Part shown: positions 1 to 8,475 of the stretch, one piece after another
How the letters are laid out: each line of letters opens with the position of its first letter
How positions within the stretch are numbered: the stretch's first letter is position 1
DNA from: Candidatus Uhrbacteria bacterium
GTDB taxonomy: Bacteria > Patescibacteriota > Patescibacteriia > UBA9934
Direction: 5' to 3'
DNA: 64,000 nucleotides
Assembly (NCBI GenBank): GCA_943354605.1
Contig: CALRCK010000002.1
Coordinates: forward strand, 135,186 to 199,185
The notes under the pieces: generated by a model
What the model saw: the letters and a program-made list of their open reading frames with translations, nothing else
What the model was told of the DNA's origin: nothing
Databases searched by the model: none
Position numbers and translations under genes: made by a program

Positions 1-10
1 GACTCGGTGA

Positions 11-985
11 TCATAGTTGCGGCCACGTAAAGGTATTGAACGCCCACACCGCAAGCGCCTTTGCGTCGTTGAATCGGTCGAGTTTCGAGTGCGCGCCCAA
101 CACCGCAACAAACACTTCGTCTCCATCGTGATCGATCGTGGTAATAAAACAATATCCTGCTTCGGGAATATACCCAGTTTTTCCACCAGTGATTTCGTAC
201 GGCTTCTGATTGAGTAACGAATCAAAAAGCATGTCGGTTGATTGAACGCTGAATACATCGCCACTGACGTGACGAATGGAAAGATGGTCTGACGTCATGA
301 ATTTCGTGAGCACATCTGATTGCTCGGCCTCGCGAAGCAACGGCATCAAATCGCGAGCCGTCGAAACATTACCACTATCAATTCCCGTCACCTCAACAAA
401 CGCGCTCGACGTCATTCCCAGTGCCTTCGCCTTCGTATTCATCGCTGAAATAAAATCGCTATACGACAACCCCGACAATCGCGAGAGCGCCTTCGTTGCC
501 GTGTTATCCGATCCAACAATACTTGCGCCGAGAACATCACGAAGTCTTATACCATCGTTAAAATTCAAATGGACGACCGCTCCCCCAACATAGTCGTCGT
601 CCACAATTTTGACCCACGAATCCAGATCGGGCTTTGTATCAAGGAACACAATCGCCGTCATCAACTTCGTGATACTTCCGATTGACCGAACGTCGTCCGC
701 GTTCTTTGCGAACAACGCGGTACCGCTTTGCGTGTCGGCAACAAATACGCTTTGCGCGTCGGTCACTACGCCGTAGCTGGAAAGATCGGTCTTTTTTGGA
801 GGAAGGAATCGATTCTCCGCAACTGGCAAGGAAATTGGGGTCGATGTCAGCGAAAGCAATGGCGCAGCAAGCGCTTCTGGCGCAGTCGGAATACCGATTT
901 TCCATTCAAGATTCGCCGCATCAACCGGAAGAATCCGCAGGACGGTAAACGCGAGAAGCATTTGTGCGACAACGCGAGAAATCAT
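11..985 (-). CDS. D-alanyl-D-alanine carboxypeptidase (peptidase S11, PBP5/6-like)
   Basis: SxxK (SITK), SDN and KTG active-site motifs in order. N-terminal signal-like segment. ATG at 983-985. Confidence 0.8.
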   Translation of the reverse strand: MISRVVAQMLLAFTVLRILPVDAANLEWKIGIPTAPEALAAPLLSLTSTPISLPVAENRFLPPKKTDLSSYGVVTDAQSVFVADTQSGTALFAKNADDVRSIGSITKLMTAIVFLDTKPDLDSWVKIVDDDYVGGAVVHLNFNDGIRLRDVLGASIVGSDNTATKALSRLSGLSYSDFISAMNTKAKALGMTSSAFVEVTGIDSGNVSTARDLMPLLREAEQSDVLTKFMTSDHLSIRHVSGDVFSVQSTDMLFDSLLNQKPYEITGGKTGYIPEAGYCFITTIDHDGDEVFVAVLGAHSKLDRFNDAKALAVWAFNTFTWPQL

Positions 986-1542
986 ACGGTAGAGGATTCG
1001 GTGGTGAGCGCAGAAAGCAACGCGTCGATCTTTGTATTGCCATGCAGTTCTGCGTAATCGGCAAGCTCGCTCACATTGTGCAAACCGAGATGTCGCAACG
1101 CATCATTCGTAATGCTGTACACCGGCTGAAGCCTCACCTCGTCCTCACTCTCGTCGACCAGTCCTCGCATGAGGAGATTCCGAAGAATCAACGTGCAGTT
1201 GATACCGCGAATCGCCTCAATCTCTGGCTTCGTGATCGGCCCACGATACGCAACAATCGTAAGCGTTTCGAGAGAAGGTCGGGTGAGCTCGGGTTCAATA
1301 TCTTCTTTCGACAAGTTCTCGATTGTTGACGCGAACGACGGATTCGTTGCAAGCGTGATTCCTTCGTCACCGACAACAACATGAATGCCCGACAATTCAT
1401 CGTTGCGCACTGTTGCGAGCTCGTCGACCGCAGCGGCTGCCTCGTCAATCTGACACGAACACGCGTTCGCTAAAAACTTCATCGAGATGGGCTTCGAGCT
1501 TACAAAGAGAATCGCTTCAATTTTTGCCGCCAATTCGGTCAT
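982..1542 (-). CDS. scpB: segregation and condensation protein B
   Basis: ScpB-like winged-helix sequence (EAILFVS...PSLETLTIVAYRGPITKPEIEAIRG). Directly downstream of scpA. Confidence 0.8.
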   Translation of the reverse strand: MTELAAKIEAILFVSSKPISMKFLANACSCQIDEAAAAVDELATVRNDELSGIHVVVGDEGITLATNPSFASTIENLSKEDIEPELTRPSLETLTIVAYRGPITKPEIEAIRGINCTLILRNLLMRGLVDESEDEVRLQPVYSITNDALRHLGLHNVSELADYAELHGNTKIDALLSALTTESSTV

Positions 1543-1544
1543 AT

Positions 1545-1595
1545 GACACTAACTACGTTAGTCGCTAACTTAGTTTGAGGCTAACGAAGTTTGTT
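1545..1595. repeat. tandem array of 13-bp palindrome CTAACTnnGTTAG (3 units, 16-nt period) at -3 to -53 of the scpB start
   Basis: ctaactacgttag-tcg-ctaacttagtttg-agg-ctaacgaagtttg. Confidence 0.75.
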
Positions 1596-2292
1596 CTATT
1601 CGCTCTAAATGAATTTCCGTGCCGTGCGACTCCTGTTTTGCGGTAAGATGACGACGACGGAGCAACTCTAACAACGCCAAAAAGCTTACCACAACTTCAC
1701 GCTTCGTTCCGGCGCCAGCAATCACGTCGCGGAAACGGAGATTCGCCCGGGTCTCGAGCACCGATTTCAATTCATCGATCCGTTCCTCCACCGACTTCGT
1801 GCGTTCCATCGATGTTTCTTGCAACGTAAAGAACGGTTCGAGTCGTTTCAGAATCGAACCGAATGCGTCGCGTAATGCATCGATCGAAATGTTCTTCGCA
1901 GGGTTGAACGATCGCGCGGTTTCACGATTCTTCGTCGCCCGTCGCACAAACATCGCCTTCGCAACGTATCGCTCTTCAAGTTTCACCGCCGCAGCAACAA
2001 ACTCTTGATACAAACGAAGCTGATCTTCGAGTTTTGCAGCGGCCGCGTCCTCTTCATCGATCCGAAGATACGGCATCAGCTCGCAACTCTTCAAATAAAT
2101 CAGACGCGAAGCAATAAGTAAAAAGTCCGCAAGCTCGTCGCTCGGCACGTCGTGCGCTTCAAGATATGCCAAATATTCGTCGGCGACTTTTGCGAGCGAG
2201 ACGGTGGTGATCGGCAAGTTCTTTTCCTCGATAACCTCAAGCAACAGCGCCAACGGCCCAGAAAACCCCTCCTGCTCCACCGAAAATGACAT
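1570..2292 (-). CDS. scpA: segregation and condensation protein A
   Basis: ScpA-like sequence (FSGPLALLLEVIEEKNLPITTVSLAKVADEYL). Track ORF extends to 2406 across a palindromic repeat, so the start was trimmed to the internal ATG at 2290-2292 (MSFSVEQ). Confidence 0.75.
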   Translation of the reverse strand: MSFSVEQEGFSGPLALLLEVIEEKNLPITTVSLAKVADEYLAYLEAHDVPSDELADFLLIASRLIYLKSCELMPYLRIDEEDAAAAKLEDQLRLYQEFVAAAVKLEERYVAKAMFVRRATKNRETARSFNPAKNISIDALRDAFGSILKRLEPFFTLQETSMERTKSVEERIDELKSVLETRANLRFRDVIAGAGTKREVVVSFLALLELLRRRHLTAKQESHGTEIHLERIEQTSLASN

Positions 2293-2316
2293 ATACGGGA
2301 TTGTACATGATTTCTT

Positions 2317-2360
2317 CATCTTCAACCCTAAGGGTTGCCCAACCCTTAGGGTTGAAGATG
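2317..2360. repeat. REP-like paired palindrome CAACCCTTAGGGTTG, copy 1 (perfect 21-bp inverted repeat)
   Basis: catcttcaaccctaagggttg-cc-caacccttagggttgaagatg. Intergenic, between scpA and the cupredoxin gene. Confidence 0.85.
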
Positions 2361-2370
2361 TCATTAGACC

Positions 2371-2400
2371 AAAAACAGGGCTAAAAAGCCCTGTTTTTTC
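2371..2400. terminator. bidirectional rho-independent terminator hairpin
   Basis: aacagggc-taaaaa-gccctgtt flanked by T/A tracts. Sits right after the cupredoxin gene stop. Confidence 0.6.
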
Positions 2401-2417
2401 TTTCAACCCCTAGCGTC

Positions 2418-3248
2418 CTACATCGTCTCTGCGGCGGTAACGACGATTGTTCCGGTCATGTCCGGATGATAGCTACAGTGAAACGTATAAGTTCCCGACG
2501 TACTGAAGCGACGAACAAAGCTCTGTCCCTCCTTCATCGTTCCTGTGCCCCAACTATCGTCGTCTGCCGTAGCAGTATGGCTCACAGCGTCATTATTGAT
2601 GAACTTCATGGTCTGACCAGCGGCAATCGTAAATTGATCACTGTCTCCCCCACCGAACATCATGTTTTCAATGGAGACTTCCGCAAATGCAGTCAACCCC
2701 TTGTCGTCAGTAATCGATGGCGTACCTAATTGAGTTGCCGATGGAACCGACGCTGGTCCAGAAGTGACTGTGGAAAGATCAAGAACATCTCCGATAGTGT
2801 AATTCCCAAAGAATCCATCCGGGACATCGTCAATCATCGTATTCCACTGTGCCCCATACATCCCTTCAGCATCAGTCTCTGTGGAAACCCATCGAAGCAC
2901 CCCGCCTGCCGTCACGAAATATACCTTTGGATCAGAATTGATTTTAATCATCTTCACTCCAGGACGATACGTCACATTTCCACCCATTTGAATTGTTGCG
3001 AGATCCGCATCGCTCAACATTTTTACTGCGGAAAAATCGCTGTACCACGTGAAGTATGTCTTGTCGTTTGGGAATACATACCGGAATCCATCCTCGCCCA
3101 TGTAGTACACCGCAGAGAATGTTGTTCCACGGATCAAATCCCCAGGACTCGCAGCCACTGTCTCTGCGCGAACAAACGCTGAAGGAACAAAGTTCGTAAG
3201 CAGACCAACCATCGCGAATACCGCAAGTGAACGTGATCGAAGATTCAT
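2418..3248 (-). CDS. secreted protein with C-terminal cupredoxin (type-1 copper) domain
   Basis: N-terminal signal peptide (MNLRSRSLAVFAMVGLL). C-terminal H...C-x2-H-x2-M ligand pattern (FHCSYHPDMTG). Track start at 3275 is TTG, so the ATG at 3246-3248 was used. Confidence 0.55.
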   Translation of the reverse strand: MNLRSRSLAVFAMVGLLTNFVPSAFVRAETVAASPGDLIRGTTFSAVYYMGEDGFRYVFPNDKTYFTWYSDFSAVKMLSDADLATIQMGGNVTYRPGVKMIKINSDPKVYFVTAGGVLRWVSTETDAEGMYGAQWNTMIDDVPDGFFGNYTIGDVLDLSTVTSGPASVPSATQLGTPSITDDKGLTAFAEVSIENMMFGGGDSDQFTIAAGQTMKFINNDAVSHTATADDDSWGTGTMKEGQSFVRRFSTSGTYTFHCSYHPDMTGTIVVTAAETM

Positions 3249-3300
3249 ATTAGGGTTAAGCTTAGTTAGTAACAAACTTAGTTAGTCACTAACGTAGTTT
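3249..3300. repeat. tandem 13-bp palindrome array (3 units) upstream of the cupredoxin gene start
   Basis: aagcttagttag-taa-caaacttagttag-tca-ctaacgtagtttg. Confidence 0.75.
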
Positions 3301-3308
3301 GTATGATA

Positions 3309-4622
3309 CTACGGACGCAGTCGCTGCACATCACGCGGGAAGATGGTTGCCTCTTTGACGTTCGCAAGGCCGAGAACGTTTTGCGTCAATCGCTGCAAGC
3401 CAATCGCGAATCCGCCTTCTGGCGGAATGCCGTACTTGTGCATCATCAAGTAGTCCTCAAAATCTGCAACGTTCAATCCTTTATCCACGATGCGCCCCAT
3501 CTGCTCGTCGTACCGATTGATACGCATACCGCCGGACGTAATCTCGCTGCCGAATCCGATGACGTCAAACGTAAGCGTGTTCTCCGGGTTTGCCGGATCA
3601 ACCTTTGCATAGAATGGTCGCTTTGCTGGCGGCCAATCAGTCACGAACACGAATCCGCAGTTGTGGTGCTTCACCGACCACACAGTGGACAACCAGCGTT
3701 CAGCGGCTGGCGAGAGGTCTGGTTCCGATGTCTCATCGACTCCCCCCTCATCACGATACGCCTCGAGCGCCTGTTTCAAGCTTATGCGAGGAAACTTTTC
3801 GCCAAGTGGCGGCAACGTTACTTCAAGAAGTTTGAGCTCGACCGCGCATTCGCGCTCAACCGTTGCGAGCATCTCGCGAATTGCACCCTCTTCAACATCC
3901 ATCACCTCACTCATGTCAGAAACGAAGCCCATTTCAAACTCAAGCTGGTTGAATTCCGTTAAGTGACGCGACGTGGCAAACTTTTCTGCGCGGAACGAAT
4001 ACGACACGCCGTACACGCCCTCATACACGCCCATCGTAATCTGCTTGTAGAGCTGTGCAGACTGCGTAAGTGTTGCTTCGCGGCCGTAATAATCGACCTT
4101 AAAGAATTCCGCACCGCCTTCGCTCGCAGCTCCTGCGAGAACCGGGAAGAAAATTTCTGTGAAGCCCTGCTTTTCCATGAACGAGCGGTAGCCATGAACA
4201 AGCGCGGCCTGCACGCGAAAAATTGCGCGCTGTTTTGGATGACGAAGCGTCACGACGCGATTGTCGAGTAACGTATCAAGATTCGCATCAAGAACCGGCT
4301 TGCCGATTTCGACGGGAACGACATCGACGACCGGCGAAAGCACCTCGAGGCTCTCGACCTGCATTTCGACTTCTTTCACCGACGGATCCTTCGATTTCTT
4401 TTCAACAATCTTTCCAGTCACCGACAGCACTGTTTCGACCTGAAGCCCCTTCAACTGTTCGAGCTGTTCCGCATTCAACACGGTTTGTGCGAGCCCACTC
4501 CGATCTCGGATAATAGCAAAGCCAAACTTGCTCATGTCGCGAAGTGCGTTGAGCCAGCCGGCGATAGTGACGGTTTCGCCGAGCTTTGATGAGAGATCTT
4601 TGATGAGAATTCTATTTTTCAT
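3309..4622 (-). CDS. aspS: aspartyl-tRNA synthetase, archaeal/eukaryotic type (class IIb)
   Basis: Class II motifs (FRAEK..TSRHLTEF). C-terminal GGMRI...YGIPPEGGFAIGLQRL...FPRDVQRLRP matches archaeal-type AspRS. Confidence 0.8.
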   Translation of the reverse strand: MKNRILIKDLSSKLGETVTIAGWLNALRDMSKFGFAIIRDRSGLAQTVLNAEQLEQLKGLQVETVLSVTGKIVEKKSKDPSVKEVEMQVESLEVLSPVVDVVPVEIGKPVLDANLDTLLDNRVVTLRHPKQRAIFRVQAALVHGYRSFMEKQGFTEIFFPVLAGAASEGGAEFFKVDYYGREATLTQSAQLYKQITMGVYEGVYGVSYSFRAEKFATSRHLTEFNQLEFEMGFVSDMSEVMDVEEGAIREMLATVERECAVELKLLEVTLPPLGEKFPRISLKQALEAYRDEGGVDETSEPDLSPAAERWLSTVWSVKHHNCGFVFVTDWPPAKRPFYAKVDPANPENTLTFDVIGFGSEITSGGMRINRYDEQMGRIVDKGLNVADFEDYLMMHKYGIPPEGGFAIGLQRLTQNVLGLANVKEATIFPRDVQRLRP

Positions 4623-4660
4623 AATGAGTAACTTAGTTAGTCAGTAACTTAGTTTCTTTT
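4623..4660. repeat. tandem 13-bp palindrome array (2 units) abutting the aspS ATG
   Basis: gagtaacttagttag-tca-gtaacttagtttc. Starts 1 nt from the aspS start codon. Confidence 0.75.
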
Positions 4661-4663
4661 TCA

Positions 4664-4730
4664 GTCATCCCCGCGCAGGCGGGGATCCAGACCGTTCTGA
4701 ATGATGGATCCCCGCCTGCGCGGGGATGAC
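4664..4730. other. perfect 25-bp GC-rich inverted repeat with a 17-nt loop
   Basis: gtcatccccgcgcaggcggggatcc...ggatccccgcctgcgcggggatgac. Lies between the asnS stop and the aspS start. Confidence 0.85.
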
Positions 4731-4740
4731 CAGAAGTGAA

Positions 4741-6048
4741 TTATGGAGTTGAGCGGCTGAGCATGCGTGGGAAGGCAATGGTTTCGCGAATGTGGTGCAC
4801 GCCAGTGATCCATCGGACCGTTCGCTCAAGACCGATGCCGAAACCGGAGTGTGGCACGCTTCCGTACTTTCGTGTGTTCAAGTACCACTCGTACTCGGCT
4901 AATGGATAATTCCGATCGATAATCTCTTTCTTAAGCGCCTCGTAACTCTCTTCACGCTGACTGCCGCCGATAATCTCGCGGCCTTCTTCTGGTGCAATAA
5001 GATCGGCGCACCTGGCGCGAAGCACGCCGGCGTCGTCCGTGTATCGCTTCATGTAGAACGATTTAATCTCCGCAGGGTAATCTTCGATAAATACCGGAAG
5101 CTGATACTTGTCGCCAAGCGCGATTTCTTCCTCCGTCGACATGTCGCCGAGGAGATCGACGGGCTCGACGGTCAGCTTCTCGTTGTGAAGAATCTTCTTC
5201 GCCTCAGAGTGCTTCAAGTGAACGAATGGTTCGTTGACGATGCGCTCCAAGATCGTCGTATCGCGCTCCAAAATCGCGAGCTCTTGTTTGCAGTTATCAA
5301 GCACGTCTTTGACGATGCGCTTCACCATCTTTTCCTGTACATCCATGTTCATCACTTGGTCGAAGTACGCCATCTCGGCGTCCATCATCCAAAGCTCGCT
5401 CAAGTGATGGCGCGTCTTGCTCTTCTCTGCGCGGAACACTGGACCAAAGTCGTACACTTTTCCAAAGCCCATAATTCCCGCTTCGCTGTAGAGCTGACCA
5501 GACTGCGAGAGATACTTTGGTTCTCCGTAGTAATCCACCTGGAACAACTGCGTGGTATCTTCGCAGCTTGTTGGCTGAATGATTGGGGTATCGAAACGAA
5601 TGAATCCTTCTTCGTGGAAAAACTGTTCGATGGAGAAAAAGACGCGATCACGAATGCGCAGCACAGCCCATGGGGTTTGCGATCGGAGATACAGATCGCG
5701 GTTGTCGAAAAGGAATTCTGGACCGTGCTCTTTCTTTCCGATTGGATAATCCTCTGGTGCAACGTGCACCATCGTGAATCCCGTTCCTTGAATTTCAAAT
5801 CCTGATGGCGAGCGCGGTTCGGCCTTTACGATTCCCTTCACAATGACAGACGACTCAAGACGAACGCCCTGCAACGACTCCCACGATGCCGCGTCGATGT
5901 CGCTTGGCGAGTACACAACCTGAACTCGCCCCGATCCATCACGGAACTGGAGGAAGTAAATTTTGCCGCTGCTTCGAAAATTGTACGCCCAGCCCTTGAG
6001 CTCAACTTCTTGCCCGACCATGGATGCTAACTGTGAAATGTAGGTCAT
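4741..6048 (-). CDS. asnS: asparaginyl-tRNA synthetase
   Basis: Class IIb. C-terminal GGSQREESYEAL...EYEWYLNTRKYGSVPHSGFGIGLER, which is AsnRS-specific. Confidence 0.8.
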   Translation of the reverse strand: MTYISQLASMVGQEVELKGWAYNFRSSGKIYFLQFRDGSGRVQVVYSPSDIDAASWESLQGVRLESSVIVKGIVKAEPRSPSGFEIQGTGFTMVHVAPEDYPIGKKEHGPEFLFDNRDLYLRSQTPWAVLRIRDRVFFSIEQFFHEEGFIRFDTPIIQPTSCEDTTQLFQVDYYGEPKYLSQSGQLYSEAGIMGFGKVYDFGPVFRAEKSKTRHHLSELWMMDAEMAYFDQVMNMDVQEKMVKRIVKDVLDNCKQELAILERDTTILERIVNEPFVHLKHSEAKKILHNEKLTVEPVDLLGDMSTEEEIALGDKYQLPVFIEDYPAEIKSFYMKRYTDDAGVLRARCADLIAPEEGREIIGGSQREESYEALKKEIIDRNYPLAEYEWYLNTRKYGSVPHSGFGIGLERTVRWITGVHHIRETIAFPRMLSRSTP

Positions 6049-6146
6049 AAAAAGAAAATTCGCCTGTACAACGTCACGATTGAATAATCATGAAGCTGTA
6101 CGGGCGAAGTTACTCGCGGTGCCACCGTACTTTTCCGCCAACAGCT

Positions 6147-6245
6147 TTTGGCCGATTTTCGACTCACTCGTCAGAAATTCGCTCACCGTACCGATACGTA
6201 CGCCTCGCGAACGTTCTTCCTCATTCATCGAAACTCTTCGCAAAA
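6147..6245. repeat. structured about 110-nt dispersed repeat, copy F (opposite orientation, between asnS and doc)
   Basis: Contains ttttggccgattttcgact...ccgtaccgatacgtacgcc...catcgaaactcttcgcaaaa, matching the reverse complement of the family consensus. Confidence 0.7.
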
Positions 6246-6373
6246 TCTGTCGCCGAACTCGTTTCTGTTGTATCGATCACTGAATCTAGAAGTTGTTTGC
6301 TCCTAGCGCTCGCTGTCACCACGAACATCAGTGAAATGAGTGTAGCACGAGGGCGAGAACCATTCAAACTTCT

Positions 6374-6784
6374 TTATTCTTGGACAAAAATGATGATTTT
6401 CGCAAATCTCGCCGCAAGATCGATGATGACAGTTTCGGGATCCTGTTTTGTTGACGCGATTTCTTTTGCGAGACGATAGAGCTGACGCCAACCGATCCGA
6501 AGTTCCGCTCGATTCATGTCAAGAAAAATATACAAAATCAGCAGCGCTGAGCGCTTGTTCCCGTCAACAAAATGATGATTCTTGATCACACGATGGAAGA
6601 GTCGCGCGGAAGTAGCAAAGATGTTTCGTCCATCTGGATGCATCGCACACAGTGCGAGATCGGATTCAATAGTAGAGACCCAAACATCATCAATTACCGG
6701 GAGATACGCCTCTAAATTCGAATTCCTTTGAGCGATCTCAATCCAGAGCAACAAATCTCCTGCGCTCGGAAACAGCAACGTCAC
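6374..6784 (-). CDS. doc: Doc (death-on-curing) toxin, Fic family
   Basis: Fic/Doc motif HHFVDGNKRSALL. GTG start at 6782-6784. Confidence 0.75.
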   Translation of the reverse strand: MTLLFPSAGDLLLWIEIAQRNSNLEAYLPVIDDVWVSTIESDLALCAMHPDGRNIFATSARLFHRVIKNHHFVDGNKRSALLILYIFLDMNRAELRIGWRQLYRLAKEIASTKQDPETVIIDLAARFAKIIIFVQE

Positions 6785-6785
6785 A

Positions 6786-6929
6786 TTATTCCTGAGAAAG
6801 TTTCTTCATGGCAGGCCCAAATTTTTTAGCAAATCTCTCCGTGCTTTCACGGAAACGTTTTGTACGAGGGTCTTCGTCAGTTTTTTTCAAAGAAAATACA
6901 GAGAAAATTTTGCCGATAATCTTTTTCAT
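6786..6929 (-). CDS. small ORF (47 aa) immediately upstream of doc; candidate antitoxin
   Basis: ATG at 6927-6929. Translation is MKKIIGKIFSVFSLKKTDEDPRTKRFRESTERFAKKFGPAMKKLSQE. Its stop lies 1 nt before the doc GTG. Not in the ORF track (under 60 aa) and no recognisable Phd/YefM similarity. Confidence 0.3.
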   Translation of the reverse strand: MKKIIGKIFSVFSLKKTDEDPRTKRFRESTERFAKKFGPAMKKLSQE

Positions 6930-6970
6930 ACATTTTCATCCTAACACGATTCACGTCCTATCCAAAATCT

Positions 6971-7639
6971 CTACTTCACCTTCCCCACTCTCTGCATTTT
7001 ATCGATCAACGAAAGCTCTTCAAAACGAACGTGTTTCTTTGCCGCAAATCGCCAGTGGTGTATTGCGACCGCCCAGGCCAGGAGCGTTACCAAGAGCATT
7101 CCAAGAACCTGCTGCCAATGAAATAGCGGATATATTGCCGCATAAATTCCAAGCTCTGCATACGTTCCGTTCCAATACACAAGACCATCAGCAACATCAC
7201 CTTCATGAATCGTGAACCATATCGGAACAATCGTCCACCGATCCTGAACGACAGCTCCATTAACCTCCGCGGAAAGCAGAAGGTCGTCGTACCCAACAGA
7301 CTTTTTCGTGTGAACGTATGTAAGATCAACGACAGTTACCTGAACCTTTTCTGTTGGATGAACCAAAAACGGATATCGCGGAAGCATCGTTACCGTGAAC
7401 ACTGCCGCCATTCCAAAGCCCCATATCACAATCGCCGCCACAGCAACCAGTCGATAAAATCTTCGCTCGCCATCCTTCATCGTCACCATCGTCGATGCAG
7501 GAATTTTTTTGTATAGCGCGTTCAAACGCTCGTTGTGCCGCGCATGACGGCGTTTCAATTGCTGATACCGTACATACGGCAGAATAACGCAGAAGGCAAC
7601 GATAAAAAGCAGAATAACGACGAGGAAAAACTCCTTCAT
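6971..7639 (-). CDS. hypothetical membrane protein
   Basis: Three hydrophobic segments. No recognisable motifs. Start trimmed to MKEFFLVV. Confidence 0.45.
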   Translation of the reverse strand: MKEFFLVVILLFIVAFCVILPYVRYQQLKRRHARHNERLNALYKKIPASTMVTMKDGERRFYRLVAVAAIVIWGFGMAAVFTVTMLPRYPFLVHPTEKVQVTVVDLTYVHTKKSVGYDDLLLSAEVNGAVVQDRWTIVPIWFTIHEGDVADGLVYWNGTYAELGIYAAIYPLFHWQQVLGMLLVTLLAWAVAIHHWRFAAKKHVRFEELSLIDKMQRVGKVK

Positions 7640-7684
7640 ATTGAGCGAGTATATCAAAACTCGACAACAAACGACCTGACCCCT

Positions 7685-8461
7685 TTAGGGTCTCACCGGC
7701 ACCGCCAAGACGCCCGTCCAAAATGGCATGACGATTTCGCCGGGGACGTGGTAGACGTACACGTCGTGGACACATTGGACGAAATCTTCCACCTGCTGAC
7801 CGAGGAGCGGCATGCGCATGAGGGATTCGTACGATTCGTCGCGGCCAATGCGCATCAACGTCACGATTTCCTCGTCCATCGGACGAGCCGAGAACCAATC
7901 TTCAGGATTCTTCTGTACACAATCAGAACACACCAGTCCCCCACGTCCGCCGTGCCAGCGGAATGAAAGTGGGAGAACATTTTTCCGACACGCTAAACAA
8001 TCGTGAAGCTCGACGCCATAGCCGAGGCGGCCAAGCAGTCGAAGAATCGTTGCGCCGAGGACGAAAGCGCTTCTGGTATTTTGAAGTGTGATCTGCGAGT
8101 TTAAAAATCGAACAAGATCAATCACTTCATCGAACAGTTCGGGATCAGCCAAGTCCGGTCGAATCGCCTTGGCCAACATCGCGAATAATGTTTGCGTAAA
8201 CATTCGGTGTTCGAGATTCGTTTGAATCCGATCGAATACTTCGCGTCGTTCCACGCCGATAACAGTCGTCGATCGTGCGCCTTTCACGATTTCGAGCTCC
8301 ACGATCGCGAACGGTTCAAGATGTGCAGCAAGCTTTGCGCGCGGCTTTTGCGCACCACGCCCCACGAATTCAATCAACCCAAATTCCGGCGTTAAGGCGC
8401 TGTACCACCGATCGGATTCTCTCCACGCCGATGAAGTTAATACGATCGCCGTCGTTTTCAT
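7685..8461 (-). CDS. recO: DNA repair protein RecO
   Basis: OB-fold N-terminus and C-terminal Cys4 zinc motif (CLACRKN...CSDC). Confidence 0.75.
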   Translation of the reverse strand: MKTTAIVLTSSAWRESDRWYSALTPEFGLIEFVGRGAQKPRAKLAAHLEPFAIVELEIVKGARSTTVIGVERREVFDRIQTNLEHRMFTQTLFAMLAKAIRPDLADPELFDEVIDLVRFLNSQITLQNTRSAFVLGATILRLLGRLGYGVELHDCLACRKNVLPLSFRWHGGRGGLVCSDCVQKNPEDWFSARPMDEEIVTLMRIGRDESYESLMRMPLLGQQVEDFVQCVHDVYVYHVPGEIVMPFWTGVLAVPVRP

Positions 8462-8475
8462 CGTGCTCCACATAC

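Noticed and set aside
1545-1595. CRISPR array interpretation of the tandem 13-bp palindrome arrays.
   Set aside because: The units have a 16-nt period with only 3-nt gaps (no spacers), 2-3 units per site, and no cas genes. This is not CRISPR.
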